Below are positions 19,927-28,444 of a DNA stretch of 49,765 nucleotides, piece after piece (the stretch's first letter is position 1; the number at the start of each line of letters is the position of its first letter). The stretch covers positions 1 to 49,765 of IMG/VR virus record IMGVR_UViG_3300032212_000018; one strand, 5' to 3'. This stretch comes from a virus (Duplodnaviria > Caudoviricetes). Under the pieces are notes generated by a model, which was not told where the DNA came from, did not search any database, and saw only the letters and a list, made by a program, of their open reading frames with translations. Position numbers and translations under genes: made by a program.

Positions 19927-21668
19927 TGCCCGCAACTCCCACCGTGTCCGGTTATATCGCAAATATCGTGCTCTTCAAAAACAGTACCTTTATGTTGCAT
20001 TGCTTTCTCGTACGCTACAACTGTTAAAGGTTGACCGCCTCTTGAACCATCAGGATAACAAGTAAAACCTCTAAGGCGATGAGCGTACCGAAGTAGAGTT
20101 TCAGCATAATATTGTACTTTTGATTCGTTGTTTTCATTACTACCCCACTCAGGGAGATTGATAGTTGAACTAATAGCCATATCAACATAATCCTGTATAT
20201 CAGCTTGGAATTTAATCCGACGTTCTGGGTCTTTAGCTAAACTCAAAGCTGTCTCTATTGTTTCAGGATCAACACCGTACTCTGTAATCAAATGTTCGGC
20301 TGTAGCATCCACCACATACTCATACTTCCACTTAGTACCTTCTACCAAATATCTCCGCTTGTAAGCAACAGCAAATAAAGGTTCAATACCTGTGGTTGTG
20401 CTTGCTAGGATACCGATGGAGCCGGTTGGCGCGATAGCACGGTAAGCAACTGGTTTCGATATAAATAGCCGCTCACAATGTTGATCAGCTGATTCTTTAG
20501 AGTAATCACGATACACAGAGAGCCACTTATGCAACTCAGGGGTTACTTCATACGTCAAACCTCGCTTCAGTAACCATTCATGTATACCCATCAGTCCTAA
20601 ACCTAAACGTCTGTTCTTCTCACGAACATCGTGTACTTTCTGGTAAGGTAGTTCTGCACGTATAGTGCCGCAGACTAAGAATTCAGAGGCGATCTCTACA
20701 ATTTTTTTAAACTCTTCTATATTTTCAATATTACCTAGGTTTACGGAACCAAGATTGCAAACATCAGAATCATCTTCTGATACAACTTCACAGCATGCAT
20801 TCCTAAGCGTTTGATTTAATTGAGAAAAAAAGTTAAAGCTTAATCCTGGCTCTCCTGTGATCAGTGCTTGACGTACATTCTGTACATATAATTCAGGTAT
20901 TTTTTTAATCACTAAATCTTCGCCTGATTTATAAATACTCTCAATCTCTTCTATACTTAACTGATAGACTTCTTCTAAGAAGTCATTATCATAATTTAAA
21001 CTGATGTTAGTCATATCAAGAGGGGCTGGATAGTTGAAATCCACCTGCTTAGCATCCCACATTGTATAAGGCGTACCGTCCTCTTTTAACTGATCACCTA
21101 TTTGCATACTATGCCAATCTTTAGCAGACAAAAACTGAGGGGCATCTTCATGCTGCCAGTTCAATGACGCATATATAGCAGAACGTCTAGATCCACCCTG
21201 CATGACATTACGGCCTATCTCATTCACAGTTTTCATCAAGGGTATAGGACCGCTAGATTGACCACCTGTCCTAGACAGTATATGGCCTTCTGGACGGAAA
21301 ATACTATAGTCAATACCTATACCACCACCAGTCATTAAACAAGACATACTGCGTTGTGCCACAGCTGCCCATTCTTCGCGAGTATCCTCCTCTCCTTTTA
21401 AGAGGTAACAATTATTATAGAAACGTGCTGTACGACCAGCATAATACACGTACCGACCCCCTGGAAGGAACTTCATATCAGTAATAGCTTGAATTAGAAA
21501 CTCCCTATTCTCCTCTGACATCAGCGGACGTTCTGTACCTCCATTTGTACCGCAAACTGAATCTACAATAGTAATAGCCCGTTGATACCATGTTTCGTTC
21601 TGTGTAAGAGCATACTTCTGGTAAAATATGTTCTTAGCAAAACTTGTCTTAAATGACTCTTTGTTCAT
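19923..21668 (-). CDS. nrdJ: Ribonucleotide reductase class II (B12-dependent)
   Basis: PGGR, NNC, GGGIG, GGSRRSA, NACCE/CNLGS, APTGS motifs, C-terminal Cys pair; no beta-subunit gene present. Confidence 0.85.
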   Translation of the reverse strand: MNKESFKTSFAKNIFYQKYALTQNETWYQRAITIVDSVCGTNGGTERPLMSEENREFLIQAITDMKFLPGGRYVYYAGRTARFYNNCYLLKGEEDTREEWAAVAQRSMSCLMTGGGIGIDYSIFRPEGHILSRTGGQSSGPIPLMKTVNEIGRNVMQGGSRRSAIYASLNWQHEDAPQFLSAKDWHSMQIGDQLKEDGTPYTMWDAKQVDFNYPAPLDMTNISLNYDNDFLEEVYQLSIEEIESIYKSGEDLVIKKIPELYVQNVRQALITGEPGLSFNFFSQLNQTLRNACCEVVSEDDSDVCNLGSVNLGNIENIEEFKKIVEIASEFLVCGTIRAELPYQKVHDVREKNRRLGLGLMGIHEWLLKRGLTYEVTPELHKWLSVYRDYSKESADQHCERLFISKPVAYRAIAPTGSIGILASTTTGIEPLFAVAYKRRYLVEGTKWKYEYVVDATAEHLITEYGVDPETIETALSLAKDPERRIKFQADIQDYVDMAISSTINLPEWGSNENNESKVQYYAETLLRYAHRLRGFTCYPDGSRGGQPLTVVAYEKAMQHKGTVFEEHDICDITGHGGSCGQ

Positions 21669-21699
21669 CTGCTCTCCTTATTTAAACCTAATTAAAATA

Positions 21700-21798
21700 C
21701 TAATTAAAAGCAATAATAATACTTAAAGTGATACTTAAAGCAATAACTAAACTTAACAAAAACGCTATAAATCCATGACTAAGGTGCTTCACTCTCAT
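21700..21798 (-). CDS. 32-aa single-TM peptide (MRVKHLSHGFIAFLLSLVIALSITLSIIIAFN)
   Basis: Hydrophobic ORF overlapping the upstream gene end and filling the gap to nrdJ. Confidence 0.45.
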   Translation of the reverse strand: MRVKHLSHGFIAFLLSLVIALSITLSIIIAFN

Positions 21799-22120
21799 TC
21801 TCCCGTAAAAAGGTTTCGTACTGTTCAGCTTTACTGATATCTTGCTGAAGATCATCTTTTTTACCAGCTCTGAACCTGTATTTCAATGCGTTACCCTTTA
21901 GATAGCCGATGTACTCTTCTGGTGTCAGGATATTCTTAATTCCTTGGATAGCCTCTAAGTCAGGGAACAGCATGTAATGCTTAGGTGACTTGACTATGTC
22001 GTGAACCACGTCGTGTGTAGCTGGTTCCCATCGCGCCCACTCAACAGGGTTATCACACTGCCAACAAACATCGTTCTCTCCTCCATCCCACTTACACGTG
22101 CGGCACCTCTTTTCAATCAT
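21779..22120 (-). CDS. DUF3310 (T7 gp1.7-like/SaV-like) protein
   Basis: V.SPKHY...GYLKGNALKY.FRAGKK...QDI.KA..Y motif. Confidence 0.75.
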   Translation of the reverse strand: MIEKRCRTCKWDGGENDVCWQCDNPVEWARWEPATHDVVHDIVKSPKHYMLFPDLEAIQGIKNILTPEEYIGYLKGNALKYRFRAGKKDDLQQDISKAEQYETFLRENESEAP

Positions 22121-22344
22121 TTCAACCCCTCTTTCAGCTCAATCAGCTTATCTTCCAGCCGGTTCAAACTCTCCTGCCACTTGCGTATAACCACCTCCAG
22201 CCTCTCCTGATCCGATACAGCGTCCATTGCTTGATTCAGCTCGTTCTGGAACTGATGCAGCGCACGACGCTTCTCAGGGTCTTTGACGGAGTTAATGAAG
22301 TCTGATATCAGATGCTTGTATTTTATGTCTTGTTCAATGGTCAT
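22117..22344 (-). CDS. Hypothetical protein
   Basis: Coupled ORF, helical. Confidence 0.55.
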   Translation of the reverse strand: MTIEQDIKYKHLISDFINSVKDPEKRRALHQFQNELNQAMDAVSDQERLEVVIRKWQESLNRLEDKLIELKEGLK

Positions 22345-22742
22345 AGTATTTGTTTCCTTTGAAGGCTACGTACAGCAGACTCTTGAACTAATCGCTTAAA
22401 ATCCAGCTCGTAAAACCATGCAACACGGCCTTTAAATGGAAGTCCTTTAACTTCACTTATAGAGTACGAAGTAGGCCAACCACCATGAGCTTTTTGAACT
22501 TCTCTGATAATTCCATACCCACCTATTTGAACCTCTACAATATCACCCGTCATGTACACAGGATCGTGCATTGGTTGCATACTTGCCCACTCTAGGTCAG
22601 TAGTTCCTTCTCTGTGCTGCTCAGTGCTTTTACCGAATTCACTCCAATCTATATTATCGAAATAATCCTCCCAGTACGCCTTTAAGTCAACTTCCTGTAT
22701 ATCTCTAATTTTATCTGCTATATGTTTATCTTTTTCACTCAT
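22341..22742 (-). CDS. Hypothetical protein
   Basis: Coupled ORF. Confidence 0.55.
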   Translation of the reverse strand: MSEKDKHIADKIRDIQEVDLKAYWEDYFDNIDWSEFGKSTEQHREGTTDLEWASMQPMHDPVYMTGDIVEVQIGGYGIIREVQKAHGGWPTSYSISEVKGLPFKGRVAWFYELDFKRLVQESAVRSLQRKQIL

Positions 22743-23434
22743 AGTTTATTATTCCATCTTCCAGACTTCGTTAACTGCATCGGCACAAGTATCGGCCTGT
22801 CTTCAATCAAAGCCCCTACACCGATGATTGGCTTGTTATTCGTGTACCCTTTTGAGTAATTAAACGCTGGACTTGAAGTATCAATCAAACAACCTACTGT
22901 CATACTCCATCTAAGTACCTCTGTATCAGCGAAGTACTCAATACCAAAGGTCCCGTGATGATGTCCCTGGACTGAGTGATGAGAGTGCGTCTTAGCATTC
23001 GTCAGTGTATTCCTCGACATAGCGTGTACCATCAAGCAATGGTTGTACTTATCTACCTTGAAGTAATCCCTATCTGTCCATTTCCAACCTTTGATCTCGT
23101 ACATATCATTATAAGACTTAATATGCTCTAAAGGTATCTCAGCCTGTTTCGCCTTCCTTGTACTCATCGAGCAATGATTACCTATTGAGACAGTCATTTC
23201 AGGGAACAGTTCATTCATCTGTTGTACAAATTTCTTAGCCCGTGTATGCTCCTCTTTAGCTGATAATGTCCCATATTCGATAGGGTGAAAAGAACTAGCG
23301 TGGTTATCGACAATATCACCAACTGACTTAGCTATCTCGATATCATAAGCGTCCTTAACAGCTGTAAGGAAAGATAATGTATCCTTATGGTGAAATGGTG
23401 CATGTGTATCTGAGATGAATAAACAATTCTTCAT
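22739..23434 (-). CDS. Calcineurin-like metallophosphoesterase
   Basis: SDTH, GDIVD, GNH, VH and QGHHH motifs. Confidence 0.85.
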   Translation of the reverse strand: MKNCLFISDTHAPFHHKDTLSFLTAVKDAYDIEIAKSVGDIVDNHASSFHPIEYGTLSAKEEHTRAKKFVQQMNELFPEMTVSIGNHCSMSTRKAKQAEIPLEHIKSYNDMYEIKGWKWTDRDYFKVDKYNHCLMVHAMSRNTLTNAKTHSHHSVQGHHHGTFGIEYFADTEVLRWSMTVGCLIDTSSPAFNYSKGYTNNKPIIGVGALIEDRPILVPMQLTKSGRWNNKL

Positions 23435-23643
23435 TTACTGCACTCCTGTACATCTCCAGTAACAACATCAAATATATCGTTAGAATCTACGAACTCTGTT
23501 TTATTCCAGAATAATCCTTTCACAACAACCTGTACGTACAGTCTTTCGAATTCATTTACCGTCTCTATGTACCACTTACCCGTGAATTCCTGTATTTCAA
23601 GGGCTCCCATCATGTACCTCTCCACATAATAAACTGTTTTCAT
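23431..23643 (-). CDS. Hypothetical protein
   Basis: Coupled ORF; weakly resembles 23833..24120 (TG.W.I...LY). Confidence 0.55.
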   Translation of the reverse strand: MKTVYYVERYMMGALEIQEFTGKWYIETVNEFERLYVQVVVKGLFWNKTEFVDSNDIFDVVTGDVQECSK

Positions 23644-23873
23644 AAAAGTCCTCTTCGCTTAAGTTCAGCCTTAACAGCTACGTTAAAATCTTTAACAGGC
23701 ACGTTACGTTTCTCTAGCTGTACACTGATGTACAGAGAAGCACTCTGGACAGCTTGATCAGAGCTGTACTGACACCGCTTCAGCTTCTCGACCATATCAA
23801 CGTAGTCTTCAGCCAGGTCGCGGTACATGTGTTCAGCTATTTGGATTACACGCGCATTCATTGATATGCTCAT
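23640..23873 (-). CDS. Hypothetical protein
   Basis: Coupled ORF. Confidence 0.5.
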   Translation of the reverse strand: MSISMNARVIQIAEHMYRDLAEDYVDMVEKLKRCQYSSDQAVQSASLYISVQLEKRNVPVKDFNVAVKAELKRRGLL

Positions 23874-24120
23874 CTGTAACTATCACATTCAAATTGTCTG
23901 CATCGACCCAACGAGTAAAACACCACAGCTTTGTACCGACTTTATGTTTCCATTCAAAACATAAGAACTTTCTGGTTTCGTAGACTGCGATATCTTTTAG
24001 ATTAAAACACTCGATATATAGGTAGTACTCATCATTGTATCTTGAAATCATCCACCGACCTGTGTAGTCAGTCCGATCATGATTATCCTGCACTAACGTT
24101 ACATTCATTTTTCCATCCAC
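23833..24120 (-). CDS. Hypothetical protein
   Basis: ORF within the operon. Confidence 0.5.
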   Translation of the reverse strand: MDGKMNVTLVQDNHDRTDYTGRWMISRYNDEYYLYIECFNLKDIAVYETRKFLCFEWKHKVGTKLWCFTRWVDADNLNVIVTDEHINECACNPNS

Positions 24121-24268
24121 GCACCAGCCTCGACTAACAGTTGTTTCAGTATCTCACCGTCCTCTCGTCTTGTCTGGTTCAGGTCAGACATCCACAAGGT
24201 TGCTTGGGTTTGCAAATCCATAAGAAAAAGTGCTGTATCGTTGATCTGATCTCTCATTCGGTCGTCCA

Positions 24269-24688
24269 TTACAAGCTCTCTTTTAGTTCATTAATCAAAT
24301 CTTTGTACTTCTGTTTAGTCCTTGCCCGCTTCACAGAGTTCATTTTCTTTGTCAGTTTCTTGATCTCTTTCTCTGTATCTGTCAAGTGTGTATTGTGGAA
24401 TGGCTTGTCTCTGTGGTCAGACTCTAGTAACTTAACACAATTCCTTAAGTAGTCCACGTAATCAATCTTACCGTTCCGTCTAGCTGCGTTCTCAACCCTG
24501 CCTAACTGAGCGTTACACCATCTGTGTAAGACAGCTCGACAGTGGCCTGTGGTATGGCAATGATCTAAACTTTTATCATCACCAAGGGGTGTTTCACACA
24601 ACATACACAGACCGTGTTGTTTCTCAGCTAACTTGTTCCGGTACGCCTCTTTCTCTTTCTGGGTAAGTCTGCTCACATTAATACCCAA
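24269..24688 (-). CDS. Recombination endonuclease VII family
   Basis: Q.GLC.LC...LDHCHTTG.CRAVLHRWCN..LG. Confidence 0.85.
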   Translation of the reverse strand: MGINVSRLTQKEKEAYRNKLAEKQHGLCMLCETPLGDDKSLDHCHTTGHCRAVLHRWCNAQLGRVENAARRNGKIDYVDYLRNCVKLLESDHRDKPFHNTHLTDTEKEIKKLTKKMNSVKRARTKQKYKDLINELKESL

Positions 24689-24850
24689 ATGAATCCATAA
24701 CGATATCAGAAGCCTCGTCTAATTTATACACCACCTCTTTTAACAATATGTCGAACTTCTCCTGGTCTTCTGAGCACATGGTGACATGGTTGTATGCTTC
24801 TATATACTCTACAAAACCAACTACACTGTCTAAATGATCTTTATTAATCT

Positions 24851-25600
24851 TCATATCTCAGTCCTCCCAATCGCCAGTAATTTCCAATTCACCTCGTACT
24901 GATCAAAGTAGCCTTGCTGCTCGTATAGCTCTTTCACTGCTTGCATCCTCTCTGCGGCTGTGTTGTACTTCAAAAGGAAGTCTCTTGCCTTACCTGCACC
25001 GTACCCTGTCTTACCTAATGAACCACTCTTCAGTGGTGCTTTCAGTGGACTGATAATCCAGTCTACTTGTTTATCGCCTGTCAGGAGCTGGAATGCTAAG
25101 AAGCTATCAGCGTCTTCCATGTCAGTCTCGAATACAAATCCTGAGCCTTTGTTCTTCCATTTATGTTTCTTTCCCGGAAAACAGAAAAAATCTTTATCGA
25201 TAAAACTAGCTACTGCGTTTGAGTCATTACCTTCCAAGAACCTATAGGCTATCTCATCATCCGCTTCGAATCCTAGTCTTGCTTCAGCTGCACCGTGATA
25301 CTTAATAAGGTATTCTCTGATCGCTGTGAACCAGAACGGCTTAGGGACGCCTTTTCGGTTACTTTTGTATTCAGGGTATACACCATATCTGAAGTTCTCA
25401 GGGCTGGATAACCAAGGCTGAAGATGCTCACACTCAGTTTCCTCTTTAACTCGCTGTAGTATCAGCTTCACTGAATGAAGTACAAAGCTTACATCTTCAT
25501 TCTCGTCATCTGATATATACAGAACACTGTCTGCATCAAAGTGAGTTATACGCCCCTTCTGGACTGTCCGCTCTGATCTGGCGGGTAATTTTAATGTCAT
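24851..25600 (-). CDS. 5'-3' exonuclease (T7 gp6/RNase H-like)
   Basis: DADS, NFR, YK.NR, EADD, DKD and QLLTGD motifs. Confidence 0.85.
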   Translation of the reverse strand: MTLKLPARSERTVQKGRITHFDADSVLYISDDENEDVSFVLHSVKLILQRVKEETECEHLQPWLSSPENFRYGVYPEYKSNRKGVPKPFWFTAIREYLIKYHGAAEARLGFEADDEIAYRFLEGNDSNAVASFIDKDFFCFPGKKHKWKNKGSGFVFETDMEDADSFLAFQLLTGDKQVDWIISPLKAPLKSGSLGKTGYGAGKARDFLLKYNTAAERMQAVKELYEQQGYFDQYEVNWKLLAIGRTEI

Positions 25601-26436
25601 TCTATCACGACCTCACAAGACTCTGAACAACCACCATCAGCATCTAAATCCAGCTCTAATGTTTGCCCGTTATAAAACTCTCCAGCCATCTTAAACAGAT
25701 TGGTTGTACTGTTATTTCCTCTAAAAAATACCCTATCAGTGCCTTGTATTGGACACTTAACTGTTCCGTACAATCCTTCCATTTTACGTGGAAAATCATA
25801 AATCTCAGGGGATTCTTGTATTAACTGGTAATGCTTTTTAAATGATTTTTTCCAGCACCATTTGCAATTCCCTTGATACTCTTCGAGATTTAAAGTAAAA
25901 TCCTGATCTTCCCAAAAATCATTTACGTCTACTTTATCGAGGGGGTAATCAAACCAATCTATTAAAGGATACACAATACCCTTCTCTTCAGCCTTTTTAT
26001 CGCACCTCCTTTGCTCATCACCCCTGATTCCAATAGCTACCTCATAATCTCCTTTTTTCCAACCTAAGCTGCGAATATAACTCAACATCGGTTGTAATTT
26101 CAACTCCCTTGTACAATGAGGATATGCTTGGTTCGATATTCCGTACTTCGCCATAACAGCTTCAAAAGGTTCTCCGTTTCTGCTTGCCGTTTCAAAATTA
26201 ACCACCTTATGCTTAGTTCCTTTGCCGTTTTCAGGGTCTACTACAGCCTCTACCCATACGGTATTCCAACCCCATCTTTCCGTACACATCTGGACAAACT
26301 TCAAAGTCTCTTCATGTTCTTGCCCTGTGTTAGCGAATACTACAACCTTCTTATATTCAGGGTATTCCTCTGATATCCGTTTAGCCATGTATGCAGATGT
26401 CTTTCCGCCACTGAATGAAATCCATAACTTGCTCAT
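25597..26436 (-). CDS. PAPS-reductase-family (PP-loop) protein
   Basis: SFSGGKTS PP-loop, NTG.EH, CTRELK, GIR.DE, GNC..C, SESC. Confidence 0.8.
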   Translation of the reverse strand: MSKLWISFSGGKTSAYMAKRISEEYPEYKKVVVFANTGQEHEETLKFVQMCTERWGWNTVWVEAVVDPENGKGTKHKVVNFETASRNGEPFEAVMAKYGISNQAYPHCTRELKLQPMLSYIRSLGWKKGDYEVAIGIRGDEQRRCDKKAEEKGIVYPLIDWFDYPLDKVDVNDFWEDQDFTLNLEEYQGNCKWCWKKSFKKHYQLIQESPEIYDFPRKMEGLYGTVKCPIQGTDRVFFRGNNSTTNLFKMAGEFYNGQTLELDLDADGGCSESCEVVIE

Positions 26437-26708
26437 GTTTTAGCTCCAATCATCCGTTCAATTACCATTGACACCTTGGCTCCAACGAGAGATCCCGTCA
26501 CTGTTCCGGCGATATAAGGAATAGCTAACCACACAGTCATATCAGCAACAACAAGCTCGCGTATGGTTAAAAACCACAACCCATTACTAAACACAGAACA
26601 AATAGCATGGTAGGTCATGTTATCCCTATTTCTTGAGCGAGACACCATTGTAAAACTAATATTTTGCACAAATGATAAGAATAGTATTGTTATATATACC
26701 ACAATCAA
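26433..26708 (-). CDS. Small 3-TM membrane protein
   Basis: Three hydrophobic segments, G...GS..G motif; GGGAG RBS; coupled to the PAPS-reductase gene. Confidence 0.6.
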   Translation of the reverse strand: MIVVYITILFLSFVQNISFTMVSRSRNRDNMTYHAICSVFSNGLWFLTIRELVVADMTVWLAIPYIAGTVTGSLVGAKVSMVIERMIGAKT

Positions 26709-26912
26709 CTCCCAATCAAATCAATGTGACTAATACACATCACGATCCTATCAAATCAAAATTGTTAAGTGCTAGAACCATCGCCATCCGGCGTGTCTCT
26801 CCCTGCTTAAGCTGGAAGTGGAACTCACCGATGATATCGTCGAAGTACACTGAATCGAATATCAGGTCAATCATCAGGTGGATGTACTCTCTGTCTGTTG
26901 TCTCTGAGTTGT

Positions 26913-27176
26913 TCATTTATTTAACTCCGGTATCTCTTTTGCCCTGAGCATAATGCTTTTATCATTCGAGTCCCAGTTATTACCGTACACGCCTTGGTTA
27001 GAATGATACGCTGATTGTCGAACCCATCCACCCCTACAGTCATAGAACGACCCTGAGAATATGTTCGCTTCGATATTTCGATCATCTAGTGTAGAAAGAG
27101 CATTCTTCTCAAATTCTGTCTCTGGGGTGATTACTAACTGAACAGTACCGTCCTCTATATAGATTGCGGTTTTCAT
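26913..27176 (-). CDS. Hypothetical protein (likely start MKTAIYIEDG)
   Basis: GGAG RBS before the internal ATG, which overlaps the upstream stop. Confidence 0.55.
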   Translation of the reverse strand: MKTAIYIEDGTVQLVITPETEFEKNALSTLDDRNIEANIFSGSFYDCRGGWVRQSAYHSNQGVYGNNWDSNDKSIMLRAKEIPELNK

Positions 27177-27436
27177 AATCCGCTCCCTAACGTACTCTCT
27201 AAGAACATAACTAAATCCTTCTTCTCGTTGTACTTGAACCCTGAATCCCGCCACTTAAAAGCTAACTCAGCGACACGCTCTGCTTTAGCGCAGTCTGATA
27301 CAAGCATATTGTCTAAATATCCCTGGACGTACTCGACTGACTTGTGTTGTACTACGCAGTCACCATCGACAATCAACCACCACGTTCCTGATTCAGGGTC
27401 TCGTTTCAGGTGTGGTTTTGGGTACGGGTCACTCAT
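27173..27436 (-). CDS. Hypothetical protein
   Basis: ORF with GGAGA RBS. Confidence 0.55.
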   Translation of the reverse strand: MSDPYPKPHLKRDPESGTWWLIVDGDCVVQHKSVEYVQGYLDNMLVSDCAKAERVAELAFKWRDSGFKYNEKKDLVMFLESTLGSGL

Positions 27437-27508
27437 TCATCTCTCCATCACGCGTCCCTGCGTGGGTATGTGTATAAATTAATTGGCGGTAGCTTCAGAT
27501 CAGGCCAA

Positions 27509-28174
27509 TCAAAAGGGGATGTCGTCGTCATCGAACTTAATCGGCTCACCCGCCGCTGACGCATGGTCTGCGTTGGCTTCAGTAGCGTAATCATTACCTA
27601 AATCAGCCTGAGACAGCTGGTTATCGAATAACCACTTAGCTAGTCCGTACAGTGCTTGTTGTACGTCCTCACCATTACCCGCTGCTGGCGCGAGAGTCGC
27701 TGCTGCAACACCGCTTTGGTATTTAGCAGGGATAGGCGCAAGCGCAGCTACGTTATCGTACACTTTACTTGAATCTTTCTTGTCAGGTGTGTGCTCAACG
27801 ATAACATTCACTGGCGTACCGAGCAATGCCTCCCAGTCAGGTACATCCTTATCCTGAGCTGTAGGAACAAAAGCAGAGTACATCTTGAACTCACCTGAGT
27901 TCTCGAACATGTTCTGGTACACAGGGAATGCCTTCGTCCACATCATGACAGGCTTCTCTTCGCCATCCATTGTAAAGGTCTTACCTACGATCTCGATGCC
28001 TAAGCATAGGTTCTGGAAGTTACCTTTGAAATCACCCATGTACTCACGACGATGGAAGCCTACGTCTGCAACGTAAACTAAACGTCCCTCATGCTCACCA
28101 ACCTCTAGGTTCTGGTACTCGATACTGGATTCTGATTTAGGTGTACCTTGCGGTGCTTGTCTGTTTAAACTCAT
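27509..28174 (-). CDS. Single-stranded DNA-binding protein
   Basis: Acidic C-terminal tail DDDDIPF; located in the replication module. Confidence 0.75.
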   Translation of the reverse strand: MSLNRQAPQGTPKSESSIEYQNLEVGEHEGRLVYVADVGFHRREYMGDFKGNFQNLCLGIEIVGKTFTMDGEEKPVMMWTKAFPVYQNMFENSGEFKMYSAFVPTAQDKDVPDWEALLGTPVNVIVEHTPDKKDSSKVYDNVAALAPIPAKYQSGVAAATLAPAAGNGEDVQQALYGLAKWLFDNQLSQADLGNDYATEANADHASAAGEPIKFDDDDIPF

Positions 28175-28371
28175 TACTTTTCCTCTGTGGTTTGTGTGCT
28201 AACTTGTGTCTCGTTTAAAATCTCTTGTCTGATGGTCGAGAGACTGTTGATAGTAAAATCAATATCCTCAATCCCCTCTAACCATATTCCTTCAAAGTCA
28301 TCATCTAAATCTAGTAAAACACTATCTCCATTTAACAATATAGTATAGTTTTCTTTTGTAAACTCCATCAT
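28174..28371 (-). CDS. Hypothetical acidic protein
   Basis: GAGGAG RBS; first gene after the sigmaE-like promoter. Confidence 0.55.
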   Translation of the reverse strand: MMEFTKENYTILLNGDSVLLDLDDDFEGIWLEGIEDIDFTINSLSTIRQEILNETQVSTQTTEEK

Positions 28372-28388
28372 TCACTCCTCTTTAACTC

Positions 28389-28417
28389 TTTGACCGCGTG
28401 TGTTCGCGGAAGTTCAA
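28389..28417 (-). promoter_or_regulatory. sigmaE/AlgU-type promoter (GAACTT-N16-TCAAA) driving the ssb operon
   Basis: Minus strand TTGAACTT-CCGCGAACACACGCG-GTCAAA, just upstream of an RBS. Confidence 0.65.
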
Positions 28418-28444
28418 CTTTGTTTTAACTTTGTTCAAATTAAA

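Noticed and set aside
21686-21750. Short AT-rich repeats (ATACTTAAAG, AAAGCAATAA) as iterons
   Set aside because: Largely explained by the codons of a hydrophobic minus-strand peptide.
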